This document shows, piece by piece, positions 38,095 to 51,017 of a stretch of DNA of 63,911 nucleotides. The translations under genes and the position numbers were made by a program. Source of the stretch: Octopus bimaculoides (Eukaryota); contig NC_068992.1 of the NCBI RefSeq assembly GCF_001194135.2, forward strand, positions 18,898,354-18,962,264, in the 5' to 3' direction. Under the pieces are notes generated by a model. It saw only the letters and a list, made by a program, of their open reading frames with translations, did no database searches and was not told the origin of the DNA. Each line of letters opens with the position of its first letter. The stretch's first letter is position 1.

Positions 38095-39189
38095 TTCTGT
38101 ACTCTAATATTAATGCAATCTGGAATGTTATCAGTTTCACTTCATTGAATTTTGAATTTAAGGCAACATCTATTGCAATGTCTGAACGCTGGTCCTTTTC
38201 TTTCCAGGAAACTTTACATCAAACCAACGAACTTACGACTGACAAATAATATTAAAGGTCTTACAACATTCAGTATCATTCTTAGTTAGATAATCTGATT
38301 TATTTAAGTAACTGAAGAAATTATTTTACACAAATATACCTCCATTCTAGTTTAGACTTTGAATATTGTTACAATTGTAGCCTGCAATGCAAGATTAATC
38401 GCAACCAAATAAACGAATATAGAAGTGTATGTCATTTATGTCCATCCAGCAATGGCATTTTCGTTTGGTTGTAAGTTCAAACGATGTTCAATGAGATATA
38501 AAACAATTTCTACATGCAACTCTAAACATTACGCCAGGAGTTTTTCGGATTATAACCGCAGCTTGGTATATAATAATAAAATGGCATGCAGATTTCCCAT
38601 ATTTTCACTTAGAAAACTTTGAACAACACAGTATAATTTTGTGCTTTTCATTTGACAAACGTTACGTGTTTTGCAGCATAGATTAACATCATTTTGTGCA
38701 GTACGTTTAACGCTAACAATTTTAACATTTTTCTGAAAATTATATTTTTCTGAAAATTATATTTTTTCACACACACACACTCTGTCTCTCTCACACACAC
38801 ACTTGCACACATACGCGCGCGCGCTCGCCCCCCTAACATATTTTATCTTTTTCTTGTTTCAGTCATTTTAGTGGATTACCTGTTTCAGCAACTTTTTTCT
38901 CCATTTTATATCGCTGTACTTCATCAGAAGCGTTTTCGACATCCTTTTTTAGTCTGACTCAGACTCTATCAGCTTAGTAAACTTTTCATTAGATTCGCCA
39001 ATACTTTTATTGACACTGTCAGTATCATCTTATGCATTAGTCTTCAACCGATCATCATTAACATCAACTGCTATTTGGTGTCCAATAAATGACCAAATTT
39101 GTTCTTTTGAATGGTCTGATAAAGACTTTTGAATTGTCTGATAAACACTTCAGCTTTACGATGTTCCTCTACCCTTATTTTGAGTGGGC

Positions 39190-39340
39190 GAAATGTTTCC
39201 CCTTTGTAGGTTGATGAAGGCTGGAGTATAAATCAGCCGAAACGTTGTGGGAACAACAATCAAGGTGAGGGTACATATCCGTCCAATGTAAATAATGTAA
39301 ATGATACACAGAATTCTTCATCTCAAACATATTCAGAAAA
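39190..39340 (+). mobile_element. Penelope-type pseudo-LTR fragment with a degenerate hammerhead core
   Basis: TTGATGAA-GGCTG-GAGTATAAAT-CAGCC-GAAAC-GTT; the first C of CUGAUGA is missing. Confidence 0.6.
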
Positions 39341-40155
39341 ACATTAGAACTGTAATATTTGAAAAGTACTGTTACTAAAATAAACTGTACCCCCAAATTT
39401 TGCAAAAGGCAATCAAATAATTATTTCAGTTAAATTATTTATTTTAATCATTGGGTTGTTCTATGAACTATGAATATGACACCATTCATTTAAATATCCA
39501 ATTATGATGTGGAAAAACAACTGTTCGTATTCCTTTTTCTCAAGTTAGGACGGGTATTAACCTATCAATGCAAATTTTTAGTCACTTTTCTACAAATGTT
39601 TTACTTTGAATCTTCTTTTTGGGTGGATTTGTGCAAATTGAAATGTCTCATTTATAGACTACTACAATTTCTTATGCACTCAAGCAAAAGATATATTACT
39701 ATTTTAATTATATGAAATTGTTAGAAACATATGTTGAGAAGATAATTTAACGACATTGTTGCAAAAACTAATATAAGATAAATGTTCACATACGTAAAAA
39801 TTCTTAACCGTCAAAAATATCTTGTGCACTTTGGTTAGAAAAACATATGATTATGTTTACACACACGACACACACACAAACACACACACACGCACACACA
39901 CATACACACACGCACACATGCAAGCACACATATGTAAATATTTATGTATGTATGTGAATAAAAGTAGGTATTGTCAAAAGTTTTTCTAATTAAGCATATA
40001 TATGCATACATACGTGGGCACACACACGCATAAAGACACACACTTACATACATACATACGCCCATGTATATATACGTGTATATATATATATATATATATA
40101 TATNNNNNNNNNNNNNNNNNNNNNNNNNNNNNNNNNNNNNNNNNNNNNNNNNNNN

Positions 40156-41402
40156 ATATACAGGGTGCGGTGAATAGAGTGTCGTCTAAATTACGTAAAA
40201 ATTAAAAGAGCACTGACATCTTATTTTAACCGGCATATTTACCAACATTACATGAAAGTATCTTGAAATACAAAAGAGTAAATTTTTCAAAAAACATCGT
40301 CGTTGGTCTGCGGATGACGTCGGAATCTCCTGCAACTCTTCTGGATCGTCTCCTTGTTTAAGTTGGTGAATGCTGACATAATACTTGCTTTTAGTTCATC
40401 TTTGTTGCTATGAGGAGTTTTATTAGTCTCTCGCTCAACTGCTCTCCACTCGTAATAATCAAGGCGTTTGCAGTCTGGGGAGTTAGGTGGCCAGATGTTA
40501 GACATGACGTGGTCGCAGAAATTGTCTGACAGCGAGACTGGGTTCTGCTGTTTGTGTGGCATTGTTCAGAGTCTTGTTGCCAGACATAGGACCTTCCAGT
40601 GGCCACCCTCTTGACCCAGGGCAACACTATCTCCTCCAGACATTTGATGTAGGCATCCGTATGGAGTCTGAGGCTGTGTGGGGAGATGAATATAGGCATA
40701 ATGTCGTCATCACTTGGCTGAATGTTTGATTTTTATCACTTTCGGAACATGTTTTGGGGACACAGAAATCCAACAATTGTTCTGTGTGTTCAGAATCTTA
40801 TCTCAGTAGAAAAACCAAAGCATGTTCGGGTGTGGGGAGGGATATTTGAGTTTGTCCGAAAGTTTCGTTGCAATGTCCTTCCGCTTGTCCTTGATGACTT
40901 GGGATAAATCTTGGCCATTTCTGATCTTGTATGGGAAATACCGAATGTCTTCATGTACTACCTGCCTGTTAAAAACTCATACACTCCCATGTCCTTGCCG
41001 ATGGACCTGATTGATTTAGAAGGCTAGTTGTCGATCATAGCCTGGATTTCACCAACGAATTCAGGAATTCTTTTCTTATCAGAACGAACAGAGTGAGTTT
41101 CCCGAGCTGCCGTACCTACGTAATCACCGCTAGACTCATTCAGCTTTTTCCAAATCCTCTGCCCTGTCTTTAGATTGACACCTAAACACTCTGTTCGCAT
41201 TGGAGCTTCCGGCGTGAATGCCAAGCAGTACAGCATGTCGTTTCCAAATTTCTTGGAGAATGATTTGCATCATAGTGCTGTTTCTCTTACAGACACTGCA
41301 CAACTAAACCTACTATACTGTGTAGTCGACATAATCAAATACAAACAATGCGCGAAATTAAAACTACAATATGGAGACAATGTACCCATCACCCCCTGAA
41401 TA
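40156..41402 (-). mobile_element. Near full-length maT/DD37D transposon with a decayed transposase
   Basis: TIR-like ends CAGGGTGCGGTGAATA and CAGGGGGTGATGGGTA. YVWQQDSEQCHT...WPPNSPDCKRLDYY has 37 residues between the two aspartates after one frameshift is corrected. Confidence 0.9.
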
Positions 41403-41876
41403 TNNNNNNNNNNNNNNNNNNNNNNNNNNNNNNNNNNNNNNNNNNNNNNNNNNNNNNNNNNNNNNNNNNNNNNNNNNGCAAAAGGTGAGGGGCGAAGCTT
41501 GATCATAATACTGCTCAAACTTTGATTTTCTTAACAGACTCGACCATATTTTATATCTAAAACATTTCGAATAGTTAAATGATGGTGTCATATAATATAT
41601 TTTTACAATATAATTACTTAAAAATTCATTCATATGTCTGTCTTGCAAATATATATATATCCTGCTTAGATTTATTTTTATAAGTTTTCGTCAGCAACTT
41701 TTATATTGTTATTGTCTTCATAAGTTACAGAAGTGAACGACAGAAGTAGTTTTTGGGGATAATAATTTTAAGACAATGAAACTAGTATAATAATAATAAT
41801 TCACATTGCCTTTTGTTACTAAAAAAAATTATATTTATCAAAATAAAAGCAACATCATTATTATATGCACAGTTAA

Positions 41877-42290
41877 GGCGGCGAGCTGGCAGAATCGTTT
41901 GCACACCGGGCGAAATGCTTAGCGGTATTTCGTCTGCCGCTACATTCTGAGTTCAAATTCCACCGAGGTCGACTTTACCTTTCATCCTTTCGAGGTCGAT
42001 TAAATAAGTACCAGTTACGCACTGGGGTCAATATAATCGACTTAATCTGTTTGTCCCCTCTATGTGTAGCCCCTTGCGGACAGTAAAGAAATAAGAATCG
42101 TTAGTACGTGGGCGAAATGTTTAGCAGCATTTCGTCCGTCTTTACGTTCTGAGATAAAATTCCGCCGAGGTCGACTTTGCCTGTCATCTTTTCGGGGTCG
42201 ATTAAATAAGTACTAGTTACGCACTGGAGTCAATGTAATCGATTTAAGCCCCTCCCCGAAAAAAGCCCTTACGGCAAAAATTTGAAATCA
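41877..42290 (+). mobile_element. Head-to-tail dimer of OK-like SINEs
   Basis: Copy 1 spans 41877-42097 and copy 2 spans 42094-42290. Both share the head and the core GAGGTCGACTTT.CCT.TCATC.TTTCG.GGTCGAT.AAATAAGTAC but have different tails. Confidence 0.92.
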
Positions 42291-42911
42291 TTATTATATG
42301 CATAATTTTATACAAACATGCTATTCGATTCTATAAGAAAGTATTTTTGAACCGGCAACAAGTTTGTAGATAAACACACCACTTCTTAACACTGTCACCC
42401 CATAACATTTGATATATAACAGCCATAAAAACACTTCATAACTTAATGCTATGCTTACAATTTCAATTTATCTCCATAAATGAATTATTTTAACCTAGTA
42501 AATTTTGTAATTCCCTTGCTTAAAATAGCCTCTTGTGTAGAATTGGCTTTTTGTAGAATTATTTCTGTTGTGAATAAAATTTGCGTAGTATATTTTTTGT
42601 CTGGAATTTTTAGCCAATTCTTTGAATACTTTGCAGTAAGAACATAGTATTAAGTTTATATTTTCAAAACTTGTCATTCAAAATTATTAACATATACTAT
42701 GTTTACTTTATTCTAATCATATTGATAAGATTAAACATAAATACAAACTTATTTAATAAACGTTGTTTCATTCCAACGGTCTATGTACATCTTCTATAAC
42801 GCTCATATACCAATGGAATATTTTTAAAATTCAAGAATTGCATGGAGCCCAGTTCCTGAAAAAATTAAAAGATAAAATTGTGGATGCATTTTCAGCAAGA
42901 TAAAGCATAAA

Positions 42912-43127
42912 CATTGTTTCCAAATATTGGTACAAGGCAAGCAATATTGAGAGAGGGGCTAAGTCGATTACATTGATCCCCACCCACCCAATCCCACCCC
43001 AGTGGTTAATTAGTACTTGTTTTTATCGACTCCGAAGAGATGAAAGGCAATGTAGATTTCGGCGAAGTTTGAATTCAGAATGTAAGGATTTTGCCCGGCA
43101 TGTTAACAATTATCCCAGCTCGCCACC
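42912..43127 (-). mobile_element. OK-like SINE
   Basis: Reverse complement of the head GGTGGCGAGCTGGGATAATTGTTAACATGCCGGGC and the core. Confidence 0.82.
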
Positions 43128-44554
43128 TTCTATAAAATAAATAGATACATAAATGAATAAATAAATAAAAAGCTGAATATTTAAAAGAAACATTACTAAC
43201 GAATAAGTTCATTGTGACATTAAAAATATACTTCATTTTCTTTTCCAAGAAAAGCGAAAGATCTACGTGTTTGTATGATGATATAAATATAATCAAGTAT
43301 TATTTCTATAAATATATTGTAGAGATGTCTGAGGAGCAATATCAAAGAAACAACGTGCAATTGGAGAAATTTGCATTTAACATTATTTTCAGATCATTGA
43401 ACAACTCTGTAATGACAATACCTTTGCTCCATATCGTTGTTTTATCAAAGATCGCTTTACGCTGATTTAATACTATTGTATTCATGAGAATTGTGGAACT
43501 GGATTTTATGGTGCTTTAGTCAAATGAGTGTTGTGTCTTACGATAAACAACGTTGAACCACATATTGGGCTCGGTTTTAGATTTTGGTCTACTGCATCTA
43601 AGTCTTTGTAAATGTTAGATATTTTGTTAATATTACTGTGTAAGAGGTTAAAATACATATATATATATATATATATATAAATTACTTTACTGGTCAAAGT
43701 TTATTGTTTCGATTAAAGTTTTAATGGCTTGCTTTTTGTTTTATATCTGTATTTACGCTATGTAGAACAGTCTTGGCTCCGAGCAAAAATTTGTGTGTAT
43801 TTGTAATGTAAGGATTTATTGATCCATTCTTCGTTTATGTACAACCACAATAGCTACACACACTCACGCACACACACACACATACATACACACACAAATG
43901 CATACCTCTCTAGCTATGTACACACGCTTACACACACAGGCATATATACATATACATACTTCTGTACCTATGTACAGACACGCGCGTGCAAACACACACA
44001 TACACAAACATACAATCACATATATTACTTGCGTAAATATACGTGCCTACAAAGGCAGCTATTCCACTTCCTAGAAGAGATACTAAGGATGAATATATTT
44101 AAATATTTGAATAAACCAACTTTAACCCATGTGTGTTTTCACAGTATATAACTTAATATTTACTGTGATTTTTCTGTTTTTAACTGCATATTGTGCCTGG
44201 GAAGAGAGATTTTATTTTTTGTAAATTTATTATTTCAAAGTCAGTTTAACTATTGCAGAAATTGAACACTGTGGTTGAAAATGTATCGTTACCTTAGTGA
44301 ACTTACGCACTTGCATCCAGTTATTGTTCCATTAATATCCTTTTCAAAGTGAAAACAAGAAATCTAATTATGACCGGAGACTCAAGTGATTTGGGATGAT
44401 CTATAAACGAAATGCTTTGATCTTCTCACAGTGGAAACCTCGGCAGAGAATTGAAGAGGGAAGCTGATCTCAGAGGAATTCGAAAATTCGAAATCATACT
44501 GTAAAACTGAGAATCCAGATATTTAGTACATAACACGGCATTGTGTGTATGTGT

Positions 44555-44604
<50 letters not shown>

Positions 44605-44646
44605 ATACATATAAACTTATATACGTATATGTATGTCTGTATATAT

Positions 44647-44711
<65 letters not shown>

Positions 44712-44756
44712 GAAAGACAGAGAGAGAGAGAGAGCCTGTGTGAGATAGAGAGAGAT

Positions 44757-44804
<48 letters not shown>

Positions 44805-45754
44805 AGAGAGACATATATTCAGGAAATTGTTTCACTTGTTTAGCTAATAATCTAACGACATTTTTAATGATATCTCAGGTGTATGTTGTAAGAAAACAAC
44901 AAATGTTTTCTTATCAAATAATCTGTATGAATGATCATAATTATATAGAATAATGGTAACAGACAGTTTTAATATGGAGATATTAATTTAAGCTTAGTAC
45001 GTTCGGATGTCAGTTAGTGCTTTGTAGCATCTGAATCAATTGCAACAATATAAAATATATCAACAGAGAACTATAAGTCATTAACTGATTGACAGCAATA
45101 CTATTTTAGTCTTAAACTTATTAACCTTCGAACATGTCATTTTTTAAATTTGCACTTGATAACCGGACCGCACATTCTACTTAACGGTCAAAGAAAGCAA
45201 TACAGAATTTGCCTGACATCTCAGTCAACAAAGGTTGAGGATTTCTAACATGGGCGATTATTTCCTTGAATTGACCCGTGAGTAAATCTGACATGATGTT
45301 TTTAGTGAGAGCAGCGTGTCATCGAATGCAAAGAACGTTAAGAAAAAAATGAAAATAAAAAGCCTATAAGAAACAGTTTCATAACAAGAAAACCTCTTAA
45401 ATTTTAACTTTTTATCTGTATATCTTCTTCAGGTGGATAATTTGATCGTTCTTGTCAAACAGGATTAACTTGTAAAAATTATGTTGTGGTATAGTTCAAT
45501 TATTATGAAGCACAAGTTACTTACATTGTAAATAATAAAATTAAGAAAAGAAAAACTTTATCGTTTCCACGCCATTTCACATTACACGTACAATAAACGT
45601 TAAATAATACAAAAATAAAAAAATGCAAAAACAATAATACATATTACAGAAATGTCCTAAAGTTGTAGGATTTAATCATTACTAATTTTCAAGTTCTGAA
45701 TTACACGTGTATAAAGCATCAGTAACTTTATGCACTTTATATACACACAGAGAC

Positions 45755-45814
<60 letters not shown>

Positions 45815-46220
45815 NNNNNNNNNNNNNNNNNNNNNNNNNNNNNNNNNNNNNNNNNNNNNNNNNNNNNNNNNNNNNNNNNNNNNNNNNNNNNNNNNNNNNN
45901 NNNNNNNNNNNNNNNNNNNNNNNNNNNNNNNNNNNNNNNNNNNNNNNNNNNNNNNNNNNNNNNNNNNNNNNNNNNNNNNNNNNNNNNNNNNNNNNNNNNN
46001 NNNNNNNNNNNNNNNNNNNNNNNNNNNNNNNNNNNNNNNNNNNNNNNNNNNNNNNNNNNNNNNNNNNNNNNNNNNNNNNNNNNNNNNNNNNNNNNNNNNN
46101 NNNNNNNNNNNNNNNNNNNNNNNNNNNNNNNNNNNNNNNNNNNNNNNNNNNNNNNNNNNNNNNNNNNNNNNNNNNNNNNNNNNNNNNNNNNNNNNNNNNN
46201 NNNNNNNNNNNNNNNNNNNN

Positions 46221-46278
<58 letters not shown>

Positions 46279-46547
46279 ACACACACTTGAATATGTATAT
46301 TTATGTGTATATACATATACATATAGATATATGTGTGGGTTTATATATATGTATGTGTATGAATGCATATGAGAGAGATACATACAAACATATAAGCATA
46401 TATGCTTACATGTATCCAAATATATATATATTCATGTATATATGTGTGTGTGTGTATATGTGTGCTTATATATATGCGTGTGTGTGCATGAATGTATATG
46501 AGAGATACATAAAAGCGTATATGCATGTATATACACACACACATACT

Positions 46548-46578
<31 letters not shown>

Positions 46579-47508
46579 ATATTTATATATTATGTTTATA
46601 TTGATATATGTGTACATTACATAGCTGTTTGTGAGTGTGTATGGGAGTGTTTTACATTTCATATAATCTTCATCAGAATTTTCTGATTTTCTTGTCAAGT
46701 GAATACACATTAGATGTATATTTAAAAATGTAACAATATCCTGAAACTATAATGTTGAAATTGCATTCTCTTAAAGTTGGAAAGTTGGATTTGATGGATT
46801 GAACAGAATATTCGGATATAAAGAATTCTTTCTTGATAACAATGCTGAGTTGTTTGAAGCGCCTAAGAATCCTAACTCTGTAAAGTGGATTACAATCGAT
46901 AGAAGTCTAGGATACATATCCCACCCTAATAGAAATATATATTATGATATCAGCATCATGCGGCCTGGCGACTTGCCCAGACCAATGCAATCTTCTACGC
47001 CAGTTGAAGTGATCGAAACATGCAGCATGAGCGTCTGACCCGAACTTTAGTTACATTTGTGTTGCACTAGCTGAAATATTTCATCTGCTCACGCTACAGC
47101 AACAGATCACAACAGTAGCTCGCTAACTGAATTGATTGATCCTGGCCGTTGATAGTTTGTTTTCCACTTAATCATTAAATGTATTTGCCGAAATAGCTCC
47201 GTGCTGCAATCATGATTTTAACATACTCTGTCTCAGATAGTTGCATGCTACTTTCCCCATAACTGAGACCCTATCAGGTGCCACTACTTCGCTCAGTGTA
47301 GACCGAGATGCAAAACTTGCTGAAGGGTGGCTCCATTCATCGCTAAACGCTGGAACTCCCGGCTCCGGACTCCACTGCTAGATGCAATTTAAAGTTACAG
47401 ACTAGACAAATATTATAAGAACTTACAATACGGTGATTTTCAGTCGGTATCTTCGGGATTCTGTCATATCACAATCAGTAAATATAAATTCGAATTTATA
47501 TTCCGCGA

Positions 47509-47695
47509 GGCGGTGAGCTGGCAGAATCGTTAGCACGTCGGGCACCCGTTCTGAGTTCAAATTCCGCCGAAGCGGACTTTGCCTTTCATCCTTTTGGGAT
47601 CGATGAAATAAATACCAGTTAAGTACTGAGGTTGATGTAATCGACTAACCCCATGCCCCAAAATTTCAGGCCTTGTACCTGTAGTGGAGAGAAAT
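47509..47695 (+). mobile_element. OK-like SINE with a deletion of about 30 bp in the head
   Basis: GGCGGTGAGCTGGCAGAATCGTTAGCACGTCGGGC|ACCCGTTCTGAGTTCAAATTCCGCCG, followed by the core. Confidence 0.88.
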
Positions 47696-48429
47696 ATTTT
47701 AAATTCAGCGAGTTGGCAATATTTACTCTTTTATAATATGATAGAATTCTTATCTTTCAAATTGAAATCTTCACTTTTCTTTCAGCACCTCCCGTCTCTG
47801 ATGAAGCTCAACAACTATTATCATTATTTCTTTTCAGACAGAGTCATATCTCTGCTATTTCTAGAAAGCTAAGATACAGCGTGCAGGCTTCCAAAGTACG
47901 AAGAGATGCATTAGATATTGGAATAATGAATCCCAGAAATGTTTGTCAATATACTTGAACAGGAATGACCTGAGGTTAAATATCTCTACCAACAATACTC
48001 TTGGCAGTTTCAAGTAAAAGGCCATCATGAATATTTTTTTATGATTTCTTTTTAACTAATCTTAGCCTATGAACTGTGGCCATTCTTGGATACCACCTCA
48101 AAGGTTGAAATCAAACAAATTAATTCCGGTTACATATTTTTATCGGTTTCTTTGCTGTATAGCTAATTTACGATGACATAAACAAACCATCAGTGGTTGT
48201 GATGCATGCAGTGGTGGTAGTGGTGATGAATGGGGTGGGGGGGGGACAAATGCACACAGAAAGACACACGTAGATATTACAAATTTAAATAAAAACCAGA
48301 AGAATCTATCGAAAGATACATAACTGTATATATTTAGTCCCATTTTGAAATTGGAAAAGAGTTTTGGAGTATTGGATAAAAACTCCAGTAGTGGAGGAAT
48401 TGAGTAACGACATTCTCGACTGAACGTTG

Positions 48430-49385
48430 ACAAAACCAACAAAGCTGCCAATCCCACAAGACTTTGTATAACTCTGTATTACTATCTCTTTTTCATTCTT
48501 TCTATAAAGCTTCAAATAGAGCAAATGCTTAATTTTCCCATTACTATCTCTGGACTGATGCCCTCCCTTTTCCTTCGTTAATACTAAACTGGCGCGGATC
48601 AACGATAGGACAAATATTAGACATAGAACAAATATTAAAGGAGACAACGAGTCCCCCTGAAAATTCCTCTTTTGATAGTAACTTTCTCTAAGTGTGTGTC
48701 ACCTGAGTATAGATCTACTTTCCATTTCTTCATGCTAAAGCTAATTAATTCTCTTATGTTGTCTACTATACTCAAACATTCACTTATCCATGAGTGTCAT
48801 AAGTTTTCCTATAATCTATTGAAGCTATTGTTAGATTTTTCTTTCCAGCTTTTACTTCATTTAGAACTGCTTCGTCTATAAATGATAGATCATGTATTCA
48901 TCTAGCCTTCTTCCTGAAACCTAATGATAAGTAAATGATTGGTCTAGAGTTGCTAGCTGTATTACCCTTGCTCTTATCCTTCATAATATGTATTGTCCTC
49001 CTTCTAGTTATCCAGTCTGGTATTATTCCTCCATTAAGGCAATCTTGAAGTTGTACCCTCAGCCTCCCATGTAAACTACTGAATTTCTTTAGCCGGTATT
49101 CTTGAATTAAACCTGGTTCTGGGCCCTTCCAATTCGGCGTTTTTTCCTATCACTTTACTCATTAATGCACTAGTCAATCTTAGATCTGGCTGCTTCTCAC
49201 TCACTACTTCTCTCACTTTCTTTAACCATACTGCATCTCCATTATGATTGACTAGTTTATTCCAAATATTACTCCAGAACTTTCTAGCTTCTTGTGCATT
49301 AGGTTTCTCATCTCCAGTTCTTTATTCCCACTATTTATTTGTGGCTACTGAAGTTGCCGTCGTCATTGTTGCTGTTTGCTTTAAC
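48430..49385 (-). mobile_element. R4/Dong-like non-LTR retrotransposon RT remnant
   Basis: Reads PNAQEARKFWSNIW..HNGDAVWLKKV, NWKGP, PDWIT..RTIHIMKDKSKGNTASNSRPI, IDYRKTYD..SWI, IKRGIFQGDSLSPLIFVLCL and IKHLL..LKLYRKNE. Confidence 0.88.
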
Positions 49386-50041
49386 AGGTAGTGAGTTCAC
49401 CAACTCTGAGGAACTGGATTTTCCATCACCTGCAGACGAATAAAAAACTTCATCACAAGCACAATATAAGGTATGGTTGACTGTCAAACTGGGTTCAGTC
49501 TACATTTGCCTTTAATTATCCGTGACCGGTTATGAAGTTAGGTCAAAGCTGCATAATGTATATATCAATAAAACATTTATTTATGGACATAATTAACAAC
49601 AATATAAACTGTATTAATTGACTTGATACAAGGATATTAGTCGTAGTATCTTGAAAGATATAACTTATTCGAAATAACGGAGATAAGAATTTCGGCAATA
49701 AAACAAGAACTTGGTGTAATGCTTCAATGGAAGATATATACATGCTTTATTAATAATGCAACTTCTAATGAAGAATCCATGAAAGTTAGCACTGGCTCTC
49801 ATTATATAGGAATGCATATAATTAAGTGGCTCGTTTTATTCACTTAAATATTCCATTTCTAACGAATACATTCATCAATTATAAACATTTATATTTTCAT
49901 ATTAATATAATTACACGTTTACATACATATATTCGTAAAAGCATGCAAGTTCAATTAATTTATATTCAATTGTTATGCATTCAATTATGCACATTTATTC
50001 ATATACGCAAGTACACTCGCGTTTTACACTCACACTCTCTT

Positions 50042-50084
<43 letters not shown>

Positions 50085-50861
50085 CGAGACAGGGACAAAG
50101 AGAGTGAGTATATATATATATATACACATACATATTTAGACAGAAATTGAGTGAGTGGTAATGTGTATATATGTGTGTGTGGCTTGCAATATTTATAATT
50201 CTACATATCAACAAATAATGAAATATGGTTGAGATTATATATCTATCTTCAAACTATTTATATGACATATGAATGTTCACAATAGATTTATATATATNNN
50301 NNNNNNNNNNNNNNNNNNNNNNNNNNNNNNNNNNNNNNNNNNNNNNNNNNNNNNNNNNNNNNNNNNNNNNNNNNNNNNNNNNNNNNNNNNNNNNNNNNNN
50401 NNNNNNNNNNNNNNNNNNNNNNNNNNNNNNNNNNNNNNNNNNNNNNNNNNNNNNNNNNNNNNNNNNNNNNNNNNNNNNNNNNNNNNNNNNNNNNNNNNNN
50501 NNNNNNNNNNNNNNNNNNNNNNNNNNNNNNNNNNNNNNNNNNNNNNNNNNNNNNNNNNNNNNNNNNNNNNNNNNNNNNNNNNNNNNNNNNNNNNNNNNNN
50601 NNNNNNNNNNNNNNNNNNNNNNNNNNNNNNNNNNNNNNNNNNNNNNNNNNNNNNNNNNNNNNNNNNNNNNNNNNNNNNNNNNNNNNNNNNNNNNNNNNNN
50701 NNNNNNNNNNNNNNNNNNNNNNNNNNNNNNNNNNNNNNNNNNNNNNNNNNNNNNNNNNNNNNNNNNNNNNNNNNNNNNNNNNNNNNNNNNNNNNNNNNNN
50801 NNNNNNNNNNNNNNNNNNNNNNNNNNNNNNNNNNNTATATATATATATTCTTTTTTACTTG

Positions 50862-50902
50862 TTTCAGTCATTTTGACTGCGGCCATGCTGGAGCACCACC
50901 TT
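50862..50902 (-). mobile_element. OR-like SINE 3' terminal fragment
   Basis: CTTGTTTCAGTCATTTTGACTGCGGCCATGCTGGAGCACCACC. Confidence 0.8.
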
Positions 50903-50979
50903 TGATATGTGTATGTGTGTGTATAGAGAGAGAGAAAGCGAGAGAGAGAGAGAGAGGAGGAAGAGAGAGAGAGAGAGGA

Positions 50980-51017
<38 letters not shown>

